From a virus, in the IMG/VR virus record IMGVR_UViG_3300036770_002122, positions 29,198-93,197 of that record: DNA of 64,000 nucleotides. The stretch is one strand, 5' to 3'. Both the position numbers and the translations under genes were made by a program. Position 1 is the stretch's first letter. Every line of letters starts with the position of its first letter. The notes beneath the pieces are model-generated. The model was not told the DNA's origin. It ran no database searches and saw only the letters and a list, made by a program, of their open reading frames with translations. Shown piece after piece: positions 41,351 through 51,140 of the stretch.

Positions 41351-41629
41351 ATGAGATATTTACTAATTACATTTTATAGAAAGCCCGGCGGTCAAATTGA
41401 CGAACAAGCACGTTTTGTCAAACGTGTTCGTAATAGCGATATATCCATGAGCAATATAATTATGGATTATGGTGTACGCAAAGTTGATAAATGCGTAGTT
41501 GAAGGAAACAAACTAAACAAATCTTTTGATGAGTTGAATGCTTACTATAAAAAGATTTACCCTCAAATTGTTGAACAACTTGAAAAAGAAGGTCCAGAAT
41601 TAGCAAGACGTAAGGAAACGGGGAAATAA
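41351..41629 (+). CDS. Hypothetical protein
   Basis: 92 aa, ATAAATA 5 nt upstream. Confidence 0.7.
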   Translation: MRYLLITFYRKPGGQIDEQARFVKRVRNSDISMSNIIMDYGVRKVDKCVVEGNKLNKSFDELNAYYKKIYPQIVEQLEKEGPELARRKETGK

Positions 41630-41642
41630 TTCCCCGTTTTTA
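41616..41642. terminator. Terminator between convergent genes
   Basis: aaacggggaa-ataa-ttccccgtttttt. Confidence 0.85.
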
Positions 41643-42410
41643 TTATCGATACAATTCTAGAACGTGTTCAATCATTCTATGTCGTCTTATATCTCTAGTC
41701 TCAAATTCGCAAACACCGATACCGTATACAGGGTTCTCTTGTAATCTACTAGTCAAATCTAATAGACCATTGTCAGCGGTTCGTCTGTCGGTTTGTTCGA
41801 TGTCACCTGTTACAACGATCTTGCTGCCTTCAGCAATACGTGTCAATAGCATTTTAATTTGACTCGGTGTAGCATTTTGTGCCTCATCAAGTATGATCCA
41901 ACTGTTCTTGAAGTTTCGACCACGGCAGAATGCCAGTGGAGTTATCTCAATGATCTGCTCATTTAACATGTGGACTAATTCTTTCATACTATAATATTCT
42001 TTCAATACATCTAGCAATGGACGAACCCAAGGTTCCATTTTACTATTCAAGTCACCAGGTAAAAACCCATGCTTTTCATCATCGACCGCTACCGCAGGTC
42101 TAGTCAATATGATTCTATCGCAGTCGCCGTTTCTTAGGGACTTGATCGCGGCTAGCATCGCCAAGTATGTCTTGCCGGTGCCAGCTGGACCGGATACAAC
42201 TACGATGTCTAAGTCTCTGTCGATGAGTGATAGTATATATTTTTCTTGATTGACTGACTGCGGTAGCAGTTCTATTGGTTTACGATTGCGCTTATAATTT
42301 TCTTGATTAAAATCTATTGTTTCTGTTACATAAAAGGGACTTTTTTGATAATTTTTCATTTGGTGATTCTGCTGTTCTTTTCTTAATGCGCCCGTTTTTC
42401 TCTTGCTCAA
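41643..42410 (-). CDS. phoH: PhoH-like ATPase
   Basis: GPAGTGKTYLA, GFLPGD, RGRNF, ILDEAQN, TGD..Q.D. Confidence 0.95.
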   Translation of the reverse strand: MSKRKTGALRKEQQNHQMKNYQKSPFYVTETIDFNQENYKRNRKPIELLPQSVNQEKYILSLIDRDLDIVVVSGPAGTGKTYLAMLAAIKSLRNGDCDRIILTRPAVAVDDEKHGFLPGDLNSKMEPWVRPLLDVLKEYYSMKELVHMLNEQIIEITPLAFCRGRNFKNSWIILDEAQNATPSQIKMLLTRIAEGSKIVVTGDIEQTDRRTADNGLLDLTSRLQENPVYGIGVCEFETRDIRRHRMIEHVLELYR

Positions 42411-42568
42411 GTTATATCTCCTGTATAGTTGAGATGTTATCTCATAAAATATTTAAAGCGCATTTTAACGCAATATTGATGTAGTAATTTGGGACAACTA
42501 CAGCATAAATATAACACTGTCGCCCAGTATCTTCCTTATTAATATCCCTAAATTCTGATAAATACTTC

Positions 42569-43156
42569 ATGACTAAAATTGCGGACAAATGGTTTGACGG
42601 AATAGATTTCGTAAGTATAGTTGACACTATTAAAGGTGTTATGACTAGTGACGGAACTATGTCAACTTTACTTGATTTTGAAAGAGTGTTGGATCAATGT
42701 GATTTATATGCGTTCAGAAATTGGATTAATGGAGAATTAGTTCAAGGTCCTGACGTAGGACGTTATAATGTAAGTTGCATATTCATGTGGCCATATAAAC
42801 TGATGCCAGATCCAAAAGCAGTCAAGCGTTTACTTAAAATGGGATGCGATGTAAAGTGGGACAAAACAGAAATAGAAGTTCCAGTAAAAGTCACTAATCC
42901 TGACGATTTTATACAAGGTACTAATTATCCTAAAAGTGCTAAACGTAAAGTTTGGTTAGTACAAATAACTATTCCATTAGAAATAATGGATGATATTAAA
43001 GAAGGGTCTGTAGACCTAGCAGGATCAACTGTAGATTTAGAAGAAATTGATGATGCTTACGATGAAGATTTAGATAAGGACGGTGTAGAGACCGATGATG
43101 AAGAGACTTCTCAAGAGCCTGCTATGCAACAACCAATGGCTGCTCCTGCACAATAA
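42569..43156 (+). CDS. Conserved hypothetical late protein
   Basis: LLDFERVLD, NW..GELV.GP, MPDP; ATAAATA 4 nt upstream. Confidence 0.75.
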   Translation: MTKIADKWFDGIDFVSIVDTIKGVMTSDGTMSTLLDFERVLDQCDLYAFRNWINGELVQGPDVGRYNVSCIFMWPYKLMPDPKAVKRLLKMGCDVKWDKTEIEVPVKVTNPDDFIQGTNYPKSAKRKVWLVQITIPLEIMDDIKEGSVDLAGSTVDLEEIDDAYDEDLDKDGVETDDEETSQEPAMQQPMAAPAQ

Positions 43157-43167
43157 GGGCGAACAAC

Positions 43168-43710
43168 ATGACTAAGCAATTAAATGAAGGACTGGACTAT
43201 CATGATATGAAAGGCATGATAGACCCTACTGTATCAGTAGATGAATATGCTGCTAGAATGGGCGAAGATAGCGATGTTGTTACACTTAGTTTTATTGTTA
43301 ACAGTCATCTTGCTGCTGACGATCTAGTAAGTTGGTTAGAATTAGGTTATGATTTTATATTAGATGCTAGTGTTAGTGAAGGCGAATTAGAACCAAACAA
43401 ATGGTTAGTATTCGTAGAAATGAAACGTAGATCAAACGTACCAAATAAAATTTTAGAAATATTAAAAGATTTAGAAACATTAACTGATATAGGATTAAAA
43501 GATTGGGAAATTAAAGTTGACGACAGCACACATGATGCTAATTTAGATGTATTAAAACAAGTTATAATAACTAACCCTAACCAATATAAAATAGAAAAGG
43601 GAAATGAAGAAGAATTAAATGAAATGCGTCAAATAGCAGGATTAGAAAATAAAAAAGTTTACGAGATTGATGACGAAATTAGAAAGTTTATAACTAACGC
43701 AGGTTTGTAA
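43168..43710 (+). CDS. Conserved hypothetical protein, candidate head protein
   Basis: MTKQLNE|G N-terminus; ends in ..AGL. Confidence 0.65.
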   Translation: MTKQLNEGLDYHDMKGMIDPTVSVDEYAARMGEDSDVVTLSFIVNSHLAADDLVSWLELGYDFILDASVSEGELEPNKWLVFVEMKRRSNVPNKILEILKDLETLTDIGLKDWEIKVDDSTHDANLDVLKQVIITNPNQYKIEKGNEEELNEMRQIAGLENKKVYEIDDEIRKFITNAGL

Positions 43711-43711
43711 G

Positions 43712-44656
43712 ATGGGATTTACAATTACAGGCGGAATGAATTTTAGTGGCGGGTTTCAGATGGCTACCCCCTCCTCCCCCTCTTCATCAGGTACACAAAA
43801 AGCAATTTTTGGATACGGTCTTATCAGCCCAATCACAAACATAACTAACCTGGTATCAAATACAGGGGTTGTTGCTAATGATACAGCAGGTGTCGGTACT
43901 GCAAGATCAGCGTTGGCGGCGGCAGGCTATGGTACTGATAAAGCAATATTTGGATATGGATTTACAAGTGTTAGAGTATCGATGACGAACTTAGTGTCAA
44001 ACACTGGTGTAGTTGCTAGTGATACAACCGGAGTAGGAACTGCAAGAAACTCATTGGCTGCAGCCGGATATGGTACTGACAAAGCAATATTTGGATATGG
44101 CGATGCCGGCGGCAGTTCGAACCTCACCAACCTGGTATCAAATACTGGTGTTGTTGCTAATGATACAACTGGAGTTGGTACTGCTAGACGATTATTAGCC
44201 GCAGCCGGATATGGTACTGACAAAGCAATATTTGGATATGGGGATAAAGTTGATGATACTACTAGATTATCGATGACTAACCTAGTATCAAATACTGGTG
44301 TTGTTGCTAATGATACAACTGGAGTTGGTACTGCTAGACGATCATTAGCCGCAGCCGGATATGGTACTGACAAAGCAATATTTGGATATGGAGATAGTGG
44401 TTCTGTAACAGCAATAACCAACCTCGTATCAAATACAGGAGTTGTTGCTAGTGATACAACTGGAGTTGGTACTGCAAGAAGCAGCCTAGCAGCAGCAATT
44501 TATGGCGGTGATAAAGCAATTTTTGGGTATGGACTTGCAGGTTCTAGAGTGTCAATTACTAACCTGGTATCAAATACAGGGGTTGTTGCTAATGATACAA
44601 CTGGAGTAGGTACTGCAAGAAACGGTCTAGCAGCAGCAGGTTATTCTTTGACATAA
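43712..44656 (+). CDS. Six-repeat Kelch-like beta-propeller protein
   Basis: 6x KAIFGYG-(variable)-TNLVSNTGVVA.DT.GVGTAR..LAAA. Confidence 0.75.
   Translation: MGFTITGGMNFSGGFQMATPSSPSSSGTQKAIFGYGLISPITNITNLVSNTGVVANDTAGVGTARSALAAAGYGTDKAIFGYGFTSVRVSMTNLVSNTGVVASDTTGVGTARNSLAAAGYGTDKAIFGYGDAGGSSNLTNLVSNTGVVANDTTGVGTARRLLAAAGYGTDKAIFGYGDKVDDTTRLSMTNLVSNTGVVANDTTGVGTARRSLAAAGYGTDKAIFGYGDSGSVTAITNLVSNTGVVASDTTGVGTARSSLAAAIYGGDKAIFGYGLAGSRVSITNLVSNTGVVANDTTGVGTARNGLAAAGYSLT
44129..44391 (+). repeat. Near-identical 113-nt direct repeats inside the propeller gene
   Basis: 44129-44241 vs 44279-44391 differ at 2 positions. Confidence 0.85.
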
Positions 44657-44700
44657 TATATTAGACATATAAATAAAAATATACTTTTGCAGAGGATAGA

Positions 44701-45354
44701 ATGGCTAGCAAACTAAATTCAGAATTTAATTATAGATATCAGGTAATAGGACACACGATCTGGGAAAAAATCAAAACACTTAAAGGATTTTTAGAAGGCC
44801 GTGTTCGTGCAGCAGCACTAGAAGAAGTTTCAGCATTACAATTAGAGGCTAAAGTAGCCGAAGTAGAATATTTAAAAGATCACGGTAAAAAACACGAATA
44901 TCTAAAAGCAAAAGGTGAATTGATTGAATTAGAGTCTCACCAACCCTCATTAAAGGAAGGATTTGAACTAAACAGTGAAGAAATTGCTATGCTAGAAAGA
45001 TTGCTCAAAGAAGCATACGAAATCGCTGAACCAACTCGTATACCTGGATATACTGATGAGCAAATGTTTGAAGCAAACGCAGCAAATGAGTTTACTGCTA
45101 TGATAGCCCGTGAAATACAAGCAGAAATTATTGCCAATGGTAGACCAAGTCCGGCAAAACTTGCCAATGCTATGAGTAATCCTTATACATTTGAAGCACT
45201 GAAAAAAGCCGGCTTGATTCCAGAAGAAACAATGTTAATAGGTTCAAACAACAACCCACTACAAATTGAACTAATACCTATTAATTCAACGTCATTAATT
45301 AATACCCTAGTACCAGCAATAACCGTAGTTGCTGACGACACTACATTTAAATAG
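44701..45354 (+). CDS. Hypothetical helical protein
   Basis: 217 aa; TATAAATA 44668-44675; GAGG RBS. Confidence 0.7.
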   Translation: MASKLNSEFNYRYQVIGHTIWEKIKTLKGFLEGRVRAAALEEVSALQLEAKVAEVEYLKDHGKKHEYLKAKGELIELESHQPSLKEGFELNSEEIAMLERLLKEAYEIAEPTRIPGYTDEQMFEANAANEFTAMIAREIQAEIIANGRPSPAKLANAMSNPYTFEALKKAGLIPEETMLIGSNNNPLQIELIPINSTSLINTLVPAITVVADDTTFK

Positions 45355-45362
45355 GTGAACTT

Positions 45363-45629
45363 ATGGGCTTCATGCATAATCTAAAAACAATGTTAGCAGA
45401 TAGTGACGATATCAGCGCACTATCCTCAAAAAGAGTTATAGCCTTACTTGCGTTTATTTGCTGTATGGTTGGATTCTTTGTAGACTTATTCAGCGATTAT
45501 CAAATTTCACAACAAATATATGACAGCATGATGTGGATCGTTATTTCGGGATTAGGATTTACTGGCTTAGAAAAATTTGCTGGTAAATTTCAAGTAACAC
45601 CTAAAACTGAAAATACTAATATAGGTTGA
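45363..45629 (+). CDS. Two-TM membrane protein (holin-like)
   Basis: SSKR followed by two hydrophobic helices, GLGFTGLEKF. Confidence 0.6.
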   Translation: MGFMHNLKTMLADSDDISALSSKRVIALLAFICCMVGFFVDLFSDYQISQQIYDSMMWIVISGLGFTGLEKFAGKFQVTPKTENTNIG

Positions 45630-45654
45630 CATCATATACATTATATTTTAAAAT
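45626..45654 (+). promoter_or_regulatory. sigma70-type promoter
   Basis: TTGACA-N17-TAAAAT, 5 nt before ATG 45660. Confidence 0.75.
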
Positions 45655-45659
45655 AAAGC

Positions 45660-46445
45660 ATGGATTACTATGCTGTGTTAGGCGTAACAAAAACTGCAAC
45701 GCCTGATGAAATAAAAAAAGCCTATCGTAAGTTAGCAAGTCAACATCATCCTGACAAGGGCGGTGATACCACTAAGTTCCAAGAAATACAAACTGCATAC
45801 GACACATTAAGCGACTCGCAAAAACGTGCCATGTACGATAATCCTCAACCGCAGGGTTTTCCTGGAGGATTTAGTTTTAATATGGGCCCGGGTATGGATA
45901 TCAATGAGATATTTGGGCAGATGTTTAATCAACAGTTTGGACATAGACCACAAAGACAGGTATATCGCACACAAGTAATAGTTTCATTGGTAGAAGCATA
46001 TAATGGAACAAATAAAATCTTAGAGTTAAACACCAACAGTGAAAAGAAGGTTATTGACATTAAAGTTCCTAAAGGTGTTAATTCCGGCGATCAATTGCGT
46101 TATGATAATGTATTAGATGGTGCATCACTATTAATAGAATTTAACGTCATGCCCGATCTACGATTTGAACGTAGAGGATCCGATTTATTTTGCAACTATA
46201 GTATAGATATACTAGACTTAATTGTGGGTACAAATATAGAATTTACAACTATATCTAATAAAAAATTGAACGTGACTATCAAACCCAAAACACAACCATA
46301 TATGCAAGTAAAACTAGCCGGTCAAGGTATGCCAGTTGCCAATAGCAACTTGTACGGAGACCAATACATATTGCTAAAACCCTATATTCCTGATAATATA
46401 GATCAAGAAATAATTGATAGTATTTTACGCAATCGTACAAAATAA
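45660..46445 (+). CDS. dnaJ: DnaJ/CbpA-type chaperone (no Zn finger)
   Basis: DYYAVLGV, HHPDKGG J-domain, G/F region, GQGMP..GD. Confidence 0.9.
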   Translation: MDYYAVLGVTKTATPDEIKKAYRKLASQHHPDKGGDTTKFQEIQTAYDTLSDSQKRAMYDNPQPQGFPGGFSFNMGPGMDINEIFGQMFNQQFGHRPQRQVYRTQVIVSLVEAYNGTNKILELNTNSEKKVIDIKVPKGVNSGDQLRYDNVLDGASLLIEFNVMPDLRFERRGSDLFCNYSIDILDLIVGTNIEFTTISNKKLNVTIKPKTQPYMQVKLAGQGMPVANSNLYGDQYILLKPYIPDNIDQEIIDSILRNRTK

Positions 46446-46463
46446 ATATTTTTAGAGAGGATT

Positions 46464-48725
46464 ATGAATAACTCACCTGAAATTGAAAACATTATCGAAC
46501 AATCTATTGCTTATGCTAAAGAATATAAGCATGAGTATGTGACCATAGAACATTTATTGCTTGGTTTAATTACCTTTGCCCCATTTAAAAAATGCCTTAA
46601 TAATTTCGGCTGTGAAACTGACTTGATGATTGATGAGATTAGGTCATATTTACAAAGTTTAACTAATATTGAACGTGGAGACAATGTTACTCCTAGAAAA
46701 ACTAACGCGCTAGAAAGGGTAATGAACCGTAGCGTGACGCAGGTACTTTTTACTGGCCGTCGTCAAGTAACCACTATTGATTTATACTTGAGTATCATCA
46801 GCGAAGGTAACACTCATGCACATTATTTTTTGCTAAAATATGGCATAACCAAGCAAGAGTTTTTGGCATATTGGCAAAAGCACTACAAGGGTGGAGAATT
46901 CAGTAACCTAACTGATACTCAAGCGGATGAAATTCTTGAACAATTTACTACTAACCTTACTGACTTAGCCAGACAAGATAAACTCGAACCAGTTATTGGT
47001 CGACACAAAGAAATCAATGACATTATCAATGTTCTTGCAAAACGTTTCAAATCAAACGTATTGATGGTTGGTGACCCGGGCGTTGGTAAAACTGCAATCG
47101 CTGAAGGCATTGCAAGAGCAATTATCAATGAAGAAGTTCCTGAATTTCTAAATGAGCATGAACTGTATAGTCTTGAAATTGGTAGTTTGCTTGCAGGATC
47201 ACGTTATCGCGGTGACTTTGAAGAAAAGGTAAAATCTGTTATTGAAGCATTAAACACCAAAAAGAAGGCTATTCTGTTCATTGACGAAGCACATACTATG
47301 AGCGGTGCTGGTAGCAGCAATAACGGTAGCGTTGACTTTGCTAACATGATCAAGCCTGCAATCACTAAGGGCACACTTAAGGTTATTGCTTCAACTACTT
47401 GGGAAGAATTCTACGAGAGTTTTGAAAAGGATCGTGCTTTGATGCGCCGATTCTTTAAAGTCGCTGTTGATGAACCAAGTCATGATACTACTATTCGTAT
47501 TTTAAGTGGGTTGCGCGAACGTCTGAATGATTTTCATAGTGTCAATATTACTGACGAGGCGATCAAAGCAGCAGTAGAAAATGCAGATCGTTATATTCAT
47601 GATCGTAAGAATCCTGACAAGAGTATTGACTTGCTTGACGCAGCATGTGCCAAACAGCGCGTTCTTGAAAATAAGAATATAGAAATTACAAAAGAGTTAA
47701 TTTACGAACAGGTTGAAAAGTACACTGGCGTTCCTGCTGATAAACTTAACGGCGATAACTTTGACAGAATTAATAATTTAGAAAGCAATGTCAAAGATAA
47801 GTTGTATGGACAAGACGAAGCAGTTAAGGAAGTACTTGATAGAGTTTATGTAAGTTTTGCCGGAATCAACAACGAAACAAAACCCATAGCAAGTTTCTTG
47901 TTCCTTGGTCCAACGGGTACTGGCAAGACCGAACTAGCAAAACTGTTGAGTAAAAATCTCGACATGCCTTTGCTCAAGTATGACATGAGTGAATACAGCG
48001 AAAAGCACTCTGTAAGTTCATTGATCGGTCCCCCTCCCGGTTATGTTGGTTTCGGCGACAGTCAAGTACAGGGCGGTCGTTTGATTAGTGACTTGAGTAA
48101 GAACCCACACGCTATCTTGTTGTTTGACGAAGTTGAGAAGGCGCATCCAGATATCTTCAATATCTTCTTGCAGATTCTTGATGAAGGTCGTATTACTGGT
48201 AGCAATGGTAAGGAAGTCAGTTGTAAGAACACATTGATCATTCTTACTAGCAATCTCGGCAGCGCAGATAGTGAAAAGAACAATATCGGTTTCGGTGATT
48301 TACAAAAGACCGGCGAAGATGATCGCGCATTGAAGGACTTCTTCAAGCCCGAATTTAGAAATCGTCTTGATAAGGTCTGTAAGTTCAAGAAACTTGATAT
48401 GTTGTCAATCAAAAAGATCGTTGTCAAGTTTATGGAAGATGTCAAGAAGTTGTTGCTTGAAAAGCATAATATTACACTAAACTTGACTGAGCCTGTAATC
48501 GAATATCTTGCCGAAAAGGGCTATGATAGCAAGATGGGCGCACGTCCACTGGCACGTAAAATTGACGAACTGATTCGCGTACCATTGAGTAAAAAGGTAT
48601 TGTTTGAACAAATCAAAAATGCAAACATCATGGCAAATCTTGTTGATGGAAAAATTGAATTTGCAGTAACAAACAAGAGTACTGCTAAGGTAGGAGAAGA
48701 TGGAATTATCCAACTTGAGGGCTAA
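46464..48725 (+). CDS. clpA: ClpA-type AAA+ protease ATPase subunit
   Basis: Clp N-domain, GDPGVGKT and GPTGTGKT Walker A motifs, IGF loop, no long ClpB M-domain. Confidence 0.9.
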   Translation: MNNSPEIENIIEQSIAYAKEYKHEYVTIEHLLLGLITFAPFKKCLNNFGCETDLMIDEIRSYLQSLTNIERGDNVTPRKTNALERVMNRSVTQVLFTGRRQVTTIDLYLSIISEGNTHAHYFLLKYGITKQEFLAYWQKHYKGGEFSNLTDTQADEILEQFTTNLTDLARQDKLEPVIGRHKEINDIINVLAKRFKSNVLMVGDPGVGKTAIAEGIARAIINEEVPEFLNEHELYSLEIGSLLAGSRYRGDFEEKVKSVIEALNTKKKAILFIDEAHTMSGAGSSNNGSVDFANMIKPAITKGTLKVIASTTWEEFYESFEKDRALMRRFFKVAVDEPSHDTTIRILSGLRERLNDFHSVNITDEAIKAAVENADRYIHDRKNPDKSIDLLDAACAKQRVLENKNIEITKELIYEQVEKYTGVPADKLNGDNFDRINNLESNVKDKLYGQDEAVKEVLDRVYVSFAGINNETKPIASFLFLGPTGTGKTELAKLLSKNLDMPLLKYDMSEYSEKHSVSSLIGPPPGYVGFGDSQVQGGRLISDLSKNPHAILLFDEVEKAHPDIFNIFLQILDEGRITGSNGKEVSCKNTLIILTSNLGSADSEKNNIGFGDLQKTGEDDRALKDFFKPEFRNRLDKVCKFKKLDMLSIKKIVVKFMEDVKKLLLEKHNITLNLTEPVIEYLAEKGYDSKMGARPLARKIDELIRVPLSKKVLFEQIKNANIMANLVDGKIEFAVTNKSTAKVGEDGIIQLEG

Positions 48726-49443
48726 TTTATCTTTTGCTAATGGTTTGTTTCATATGACTGCACCTATAAAAATTGAAGTAAAGAACAAACTTTATTTTAA
48801 TAAGTTTGAATATAAGGCTGTATGTACCATAAGAGGTGCATCATATACATACTATACCACTGACATTCAAACATTTGTTGCTAGAATGGAAAAACTCAGA
48901 GATGTTTCTAGAAACAAATACGGTGTACGTGTAATTGATGAACACTGGCGTGAATATTGGGATGAAGTTAGTATTGATCAAATTAGTCAGTTTTTGACAT
49001 GGAGAGATACAGTCAAAAAAGAAAAATGTATGATCAGAATACAGGGCGATACCGTGAGTTTTTTTAGTAATGAACTAAACTTATTAGAAACACTAGTATC
49101 TATAGATCATAAACTATCCTTTTATCAGGTAAAGGTATTAGCATCCGACACATTATATTTTACTAAAACGCCTAAACATAAACATAGAACCTTTTTTAAA
49201 GGAAAACGGTGTTCTGAAGATTTTCTAAAGAACGTTATAGAATTCGCACAAAGGTACCCTGCATCTAAAGTAAGCGGGGGCTTATTAAATTTTGCATCTA
49301 GACGCAGAAATTCATATACCAATTTTATGTATATGCACGGAAGTTACTATGTAGACTATGATGACCCTAGTATGTTATCCATACTACATATGCTATTTCC
49401 CGGAATGATAGCCAAAACATATAGTTTAGAGAAACGCCCTTAA
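48700..49443 (+). CDS. Hypothetical protein (start uncertain)
   Basis: 247-aa ORF. Confidence 0.65.
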   Translation: MELSNLRANLSFANGLFHMTAPIKIEVKNKLYFNKFEYKAVCTIRGASYTYYTTDIQTFVARMEKLRDVSRNKYGVRVIDEHWREYWDEVSIDQISQFLTWRDTVKKEKCMIRIQGDTVSFFSNELNLLETLVSIDHKLSFYQVKVLASDTLYFTKTPKHKHRTFFKGKRCSEDFLKNVIEFAQRYPASKVSGGLLNFASRRRNSYTNFMYMHGSYYVDYDDPSMLSILHMLFPGMIAKTYSLEKRP

Positions 49444-49448
49444 ATCAG

Positions 49449-49478
49449 ATAAATACTCTAACAAATTGGAGTATTTAT
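49449..49478 (+). promoter_or_regulatory. Late promoter within an RBS/ATG-sequestering hairpin
   Basis: ataaatactctaa-caaa-ttggagtatttat: 13-bp stem, one G-U. Confidence 0.8.
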
Positions 49479-49644
49479 GGCTAAAATTGTAGAAGATGTT
49501 GTCATCATCAAGTTTAGTAAGATTGTCAAAGACAACGAAAAAGACGGTACCCAGATCGCAAATGCAGAAACCTTAGCCGCACTTGAGCAAGTTGCTCAGG
49601 AATTAGTAGGCGAAGGTGTAATCGTTGAGGCTACGAAAGCCTAA
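49477..49644 (+). CDS. 55-aa late protein missing from the ORF track
   Basis: MAKIVEDVVIIKFSKIVKD...EATKA; GGAG RBS; TAATG coupling to next gene. Confidence 0.75.
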   Translation: MAKIVEDVVIIKFSKIVKDNEKDGTQIANAETLAALEQVAQELVGEGVIVEATKA

Positions 49645-50030
49645 TGAGTCAGGTTACTATATTAGAATTATTACCCCAAACGTCCTATAATGGTGGTGGT
49701 ACAGGTAACATTTATACTGTGACAGGAAACGCACAACCTGCCGCAGCATACTATTTGGGTAATCAAGACCTACAAACTGTTAACATGAAACTAACAAATT
49801 GCACCGGCAATATTGTTATTGAAGCAAGTTTAAACAGCAATAGTTCTAATGCAGAATGGTTTAAAGTTTATGAATTAGTTGCTAATGCTAATGCAGGTTC
49901 AGGAAGTGAGCCGTATGACAGTAGCAATGCCAGCATTTATACCAACATTGAGGGCAACTTTGTTTATTTACGTGCAAAGATTGTTGACTTTGCTGGTGGT
50001 GTTGTAAATTTTGTAAAATTGAGTTACTAA
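49644..50030 (+). CDS. Beta-sandwich virion-type protein
   Basis: 128 aa beta-rich, GNFVYLRAKI. Confidence 0.6.
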   Translation: MSQVTILELLPQTSYNGGGTGNIYTVTGNAQPAAAYYLGNQDLQTVNMKLTNCTGNIVIEASLNSNSSNAEWFKVYELVANANAGSGSEPYDSSNASIYTNIEGNFVYLRAKIVDFAGGVVNFVKLSY

Positions 50031-50031
50031 T

Positions 50032-51090
50032 ATGAAGCAGATTGTTATAATGCCAGGCGGATTTCATCCTTTTCATGCCGGACATTATAGCCTTTATCAG
50101 GCTGCACAAGAACAATTTCCTGATGCAGAAATATTTGTAGCAGCAACAAACGATCAAAAGGAAAGACCCTTTCCTTTTAGCATAAAAGAAAAACTAGCAA
50201 GAGTGGCTGGAGTTGATCCTAGTCATTTTGTACAAGTTAAAAGTCCTTTTATGCCTAAAGAAATTACACAGCATTTCAATCCCGAAGAAGATGTATTAAT
50301 ATTTGTACGTAGTGAAAAAGATAGGAATGAAAATCCTAAACCGGGTGGTACTAAAAAAGATGGCACACCTAGTTATTTTCAACCATATACCGGCAAAAAT
50401 TTATTACCATTTGGTAAACAAGCATATATCACATACTTACCAACTATAACTTTTGGTCCCGGAATTAAAAGCGCAACAGAAATACGCAACACATGGCCAG
50501 AACTTAATGACAAACAAAAGACTGCTATGGTTATGAGCCTATATCCTACTACACAAAAGAATAAAAAACTAGCAACAAACGTTGTTAAATTATTAGATGC
50601 TGGTATGGGAAATAGTGTCGCAGAAACAATAAGCGAAGATGTATCAAACAAACTCACTCAGACAGTTTTTGACTTTTATAAACCTTTCATTAACCATGTT
50701 GAAAAAGAAAAAGTTGACGATTATGTAGACAAAGCCAGAAGTCTAATGAATAAGGCTGATGATATTAGCATAAAGAAAAAATTATTAGATGTTTTCAAAC
50801 AAGGAAAAGAAAATCCATATCTTCAAGGTGGAATAATTACTACAGTAGCAGCACTACTAGCCGGCGGAGTTTTGAACTCAGCACAAACTATGGGACTAAA
50901 TCCTCAGCAAACTAATATGCTATTACAAGGTGTACTGAATACTATTGTCCCTACACTAGTAAGTAGAATAAACGGAAGAAATTGGAAAGATACTATAAAG
51001 TATACATTAGCAAGTGCCGGTGTTGGTATGGGTATTGCCGGACTTACTGAAAATAAAAACAAAACACCTGATTATCTACCAGAAAAATAA
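50032..51090 (+). CDS. HIGH-family nucleotidyl/cytidylyltransferase-like protein with C-terminal hydrophobic module
   Basis: PGGFHPFHAGH (HxGH), SATEIR. Confidence 0.75.
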   Translation: MKQIVIMPGGFHPFHAGHYSLYQAAQEQFPDAEIFVAATNDQKERPFPFSIKEKLARVAGVDPSHFVQVKSPFMPKEITQHFNPEEDVLIFVRSEKDRNENPKPGGTKKDGTPSYFQPYTGKNLLPFGKQAYITYLPTITFGPGIKSATEIRNTWPELNDKQKTAMVMSLYPTTQKNKKLATNVVKLLDAGMGNSVAETISEDVSNKLTQTVFDFYKPFINHVEKEKVDDYVDKARSLMNKADDISIKKKLLDVFKQGKENPYLQGGIITTVAALLAGGVLNSAQTMGLNPQQTNMLLQGVLNTIVPTLVSRINGRNWKDTIKYTLASAGVGMGIAGLTENKNKTPDYLPEK

Positions 51091-51099
51091 TTTCACACA

Positions 51100-51136
51100 C
51101 CTCTCACGATGTAAATATCTTTACATTTTCGAGAGG
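51100..51136 (+). promoter_or_regulatory. Late promoter within an SD-sequestering hairpin
   Basis: cctctc/gagagg and atgtaaa/tttacat stems around GTAAATA 51111-51117. Confidence 0.75.
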
Positions 51137-51140
51137 ATAT

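Noticed and set aside
42442-42627. 61-aa minus-strand ORF upstream of phoH
   Set aside because: Overlaps divergent promoter motifs and the start of the 42569 gene; no RBS or recognisable features.
43712-44656. Repeats as a CRISPR array or DGR template/variable pair
   Set aside because: Repeats are in-frame protein repeats of about 141-150 nt; differences include indels and are not adenine-specific; no RT or cas gene in the window.
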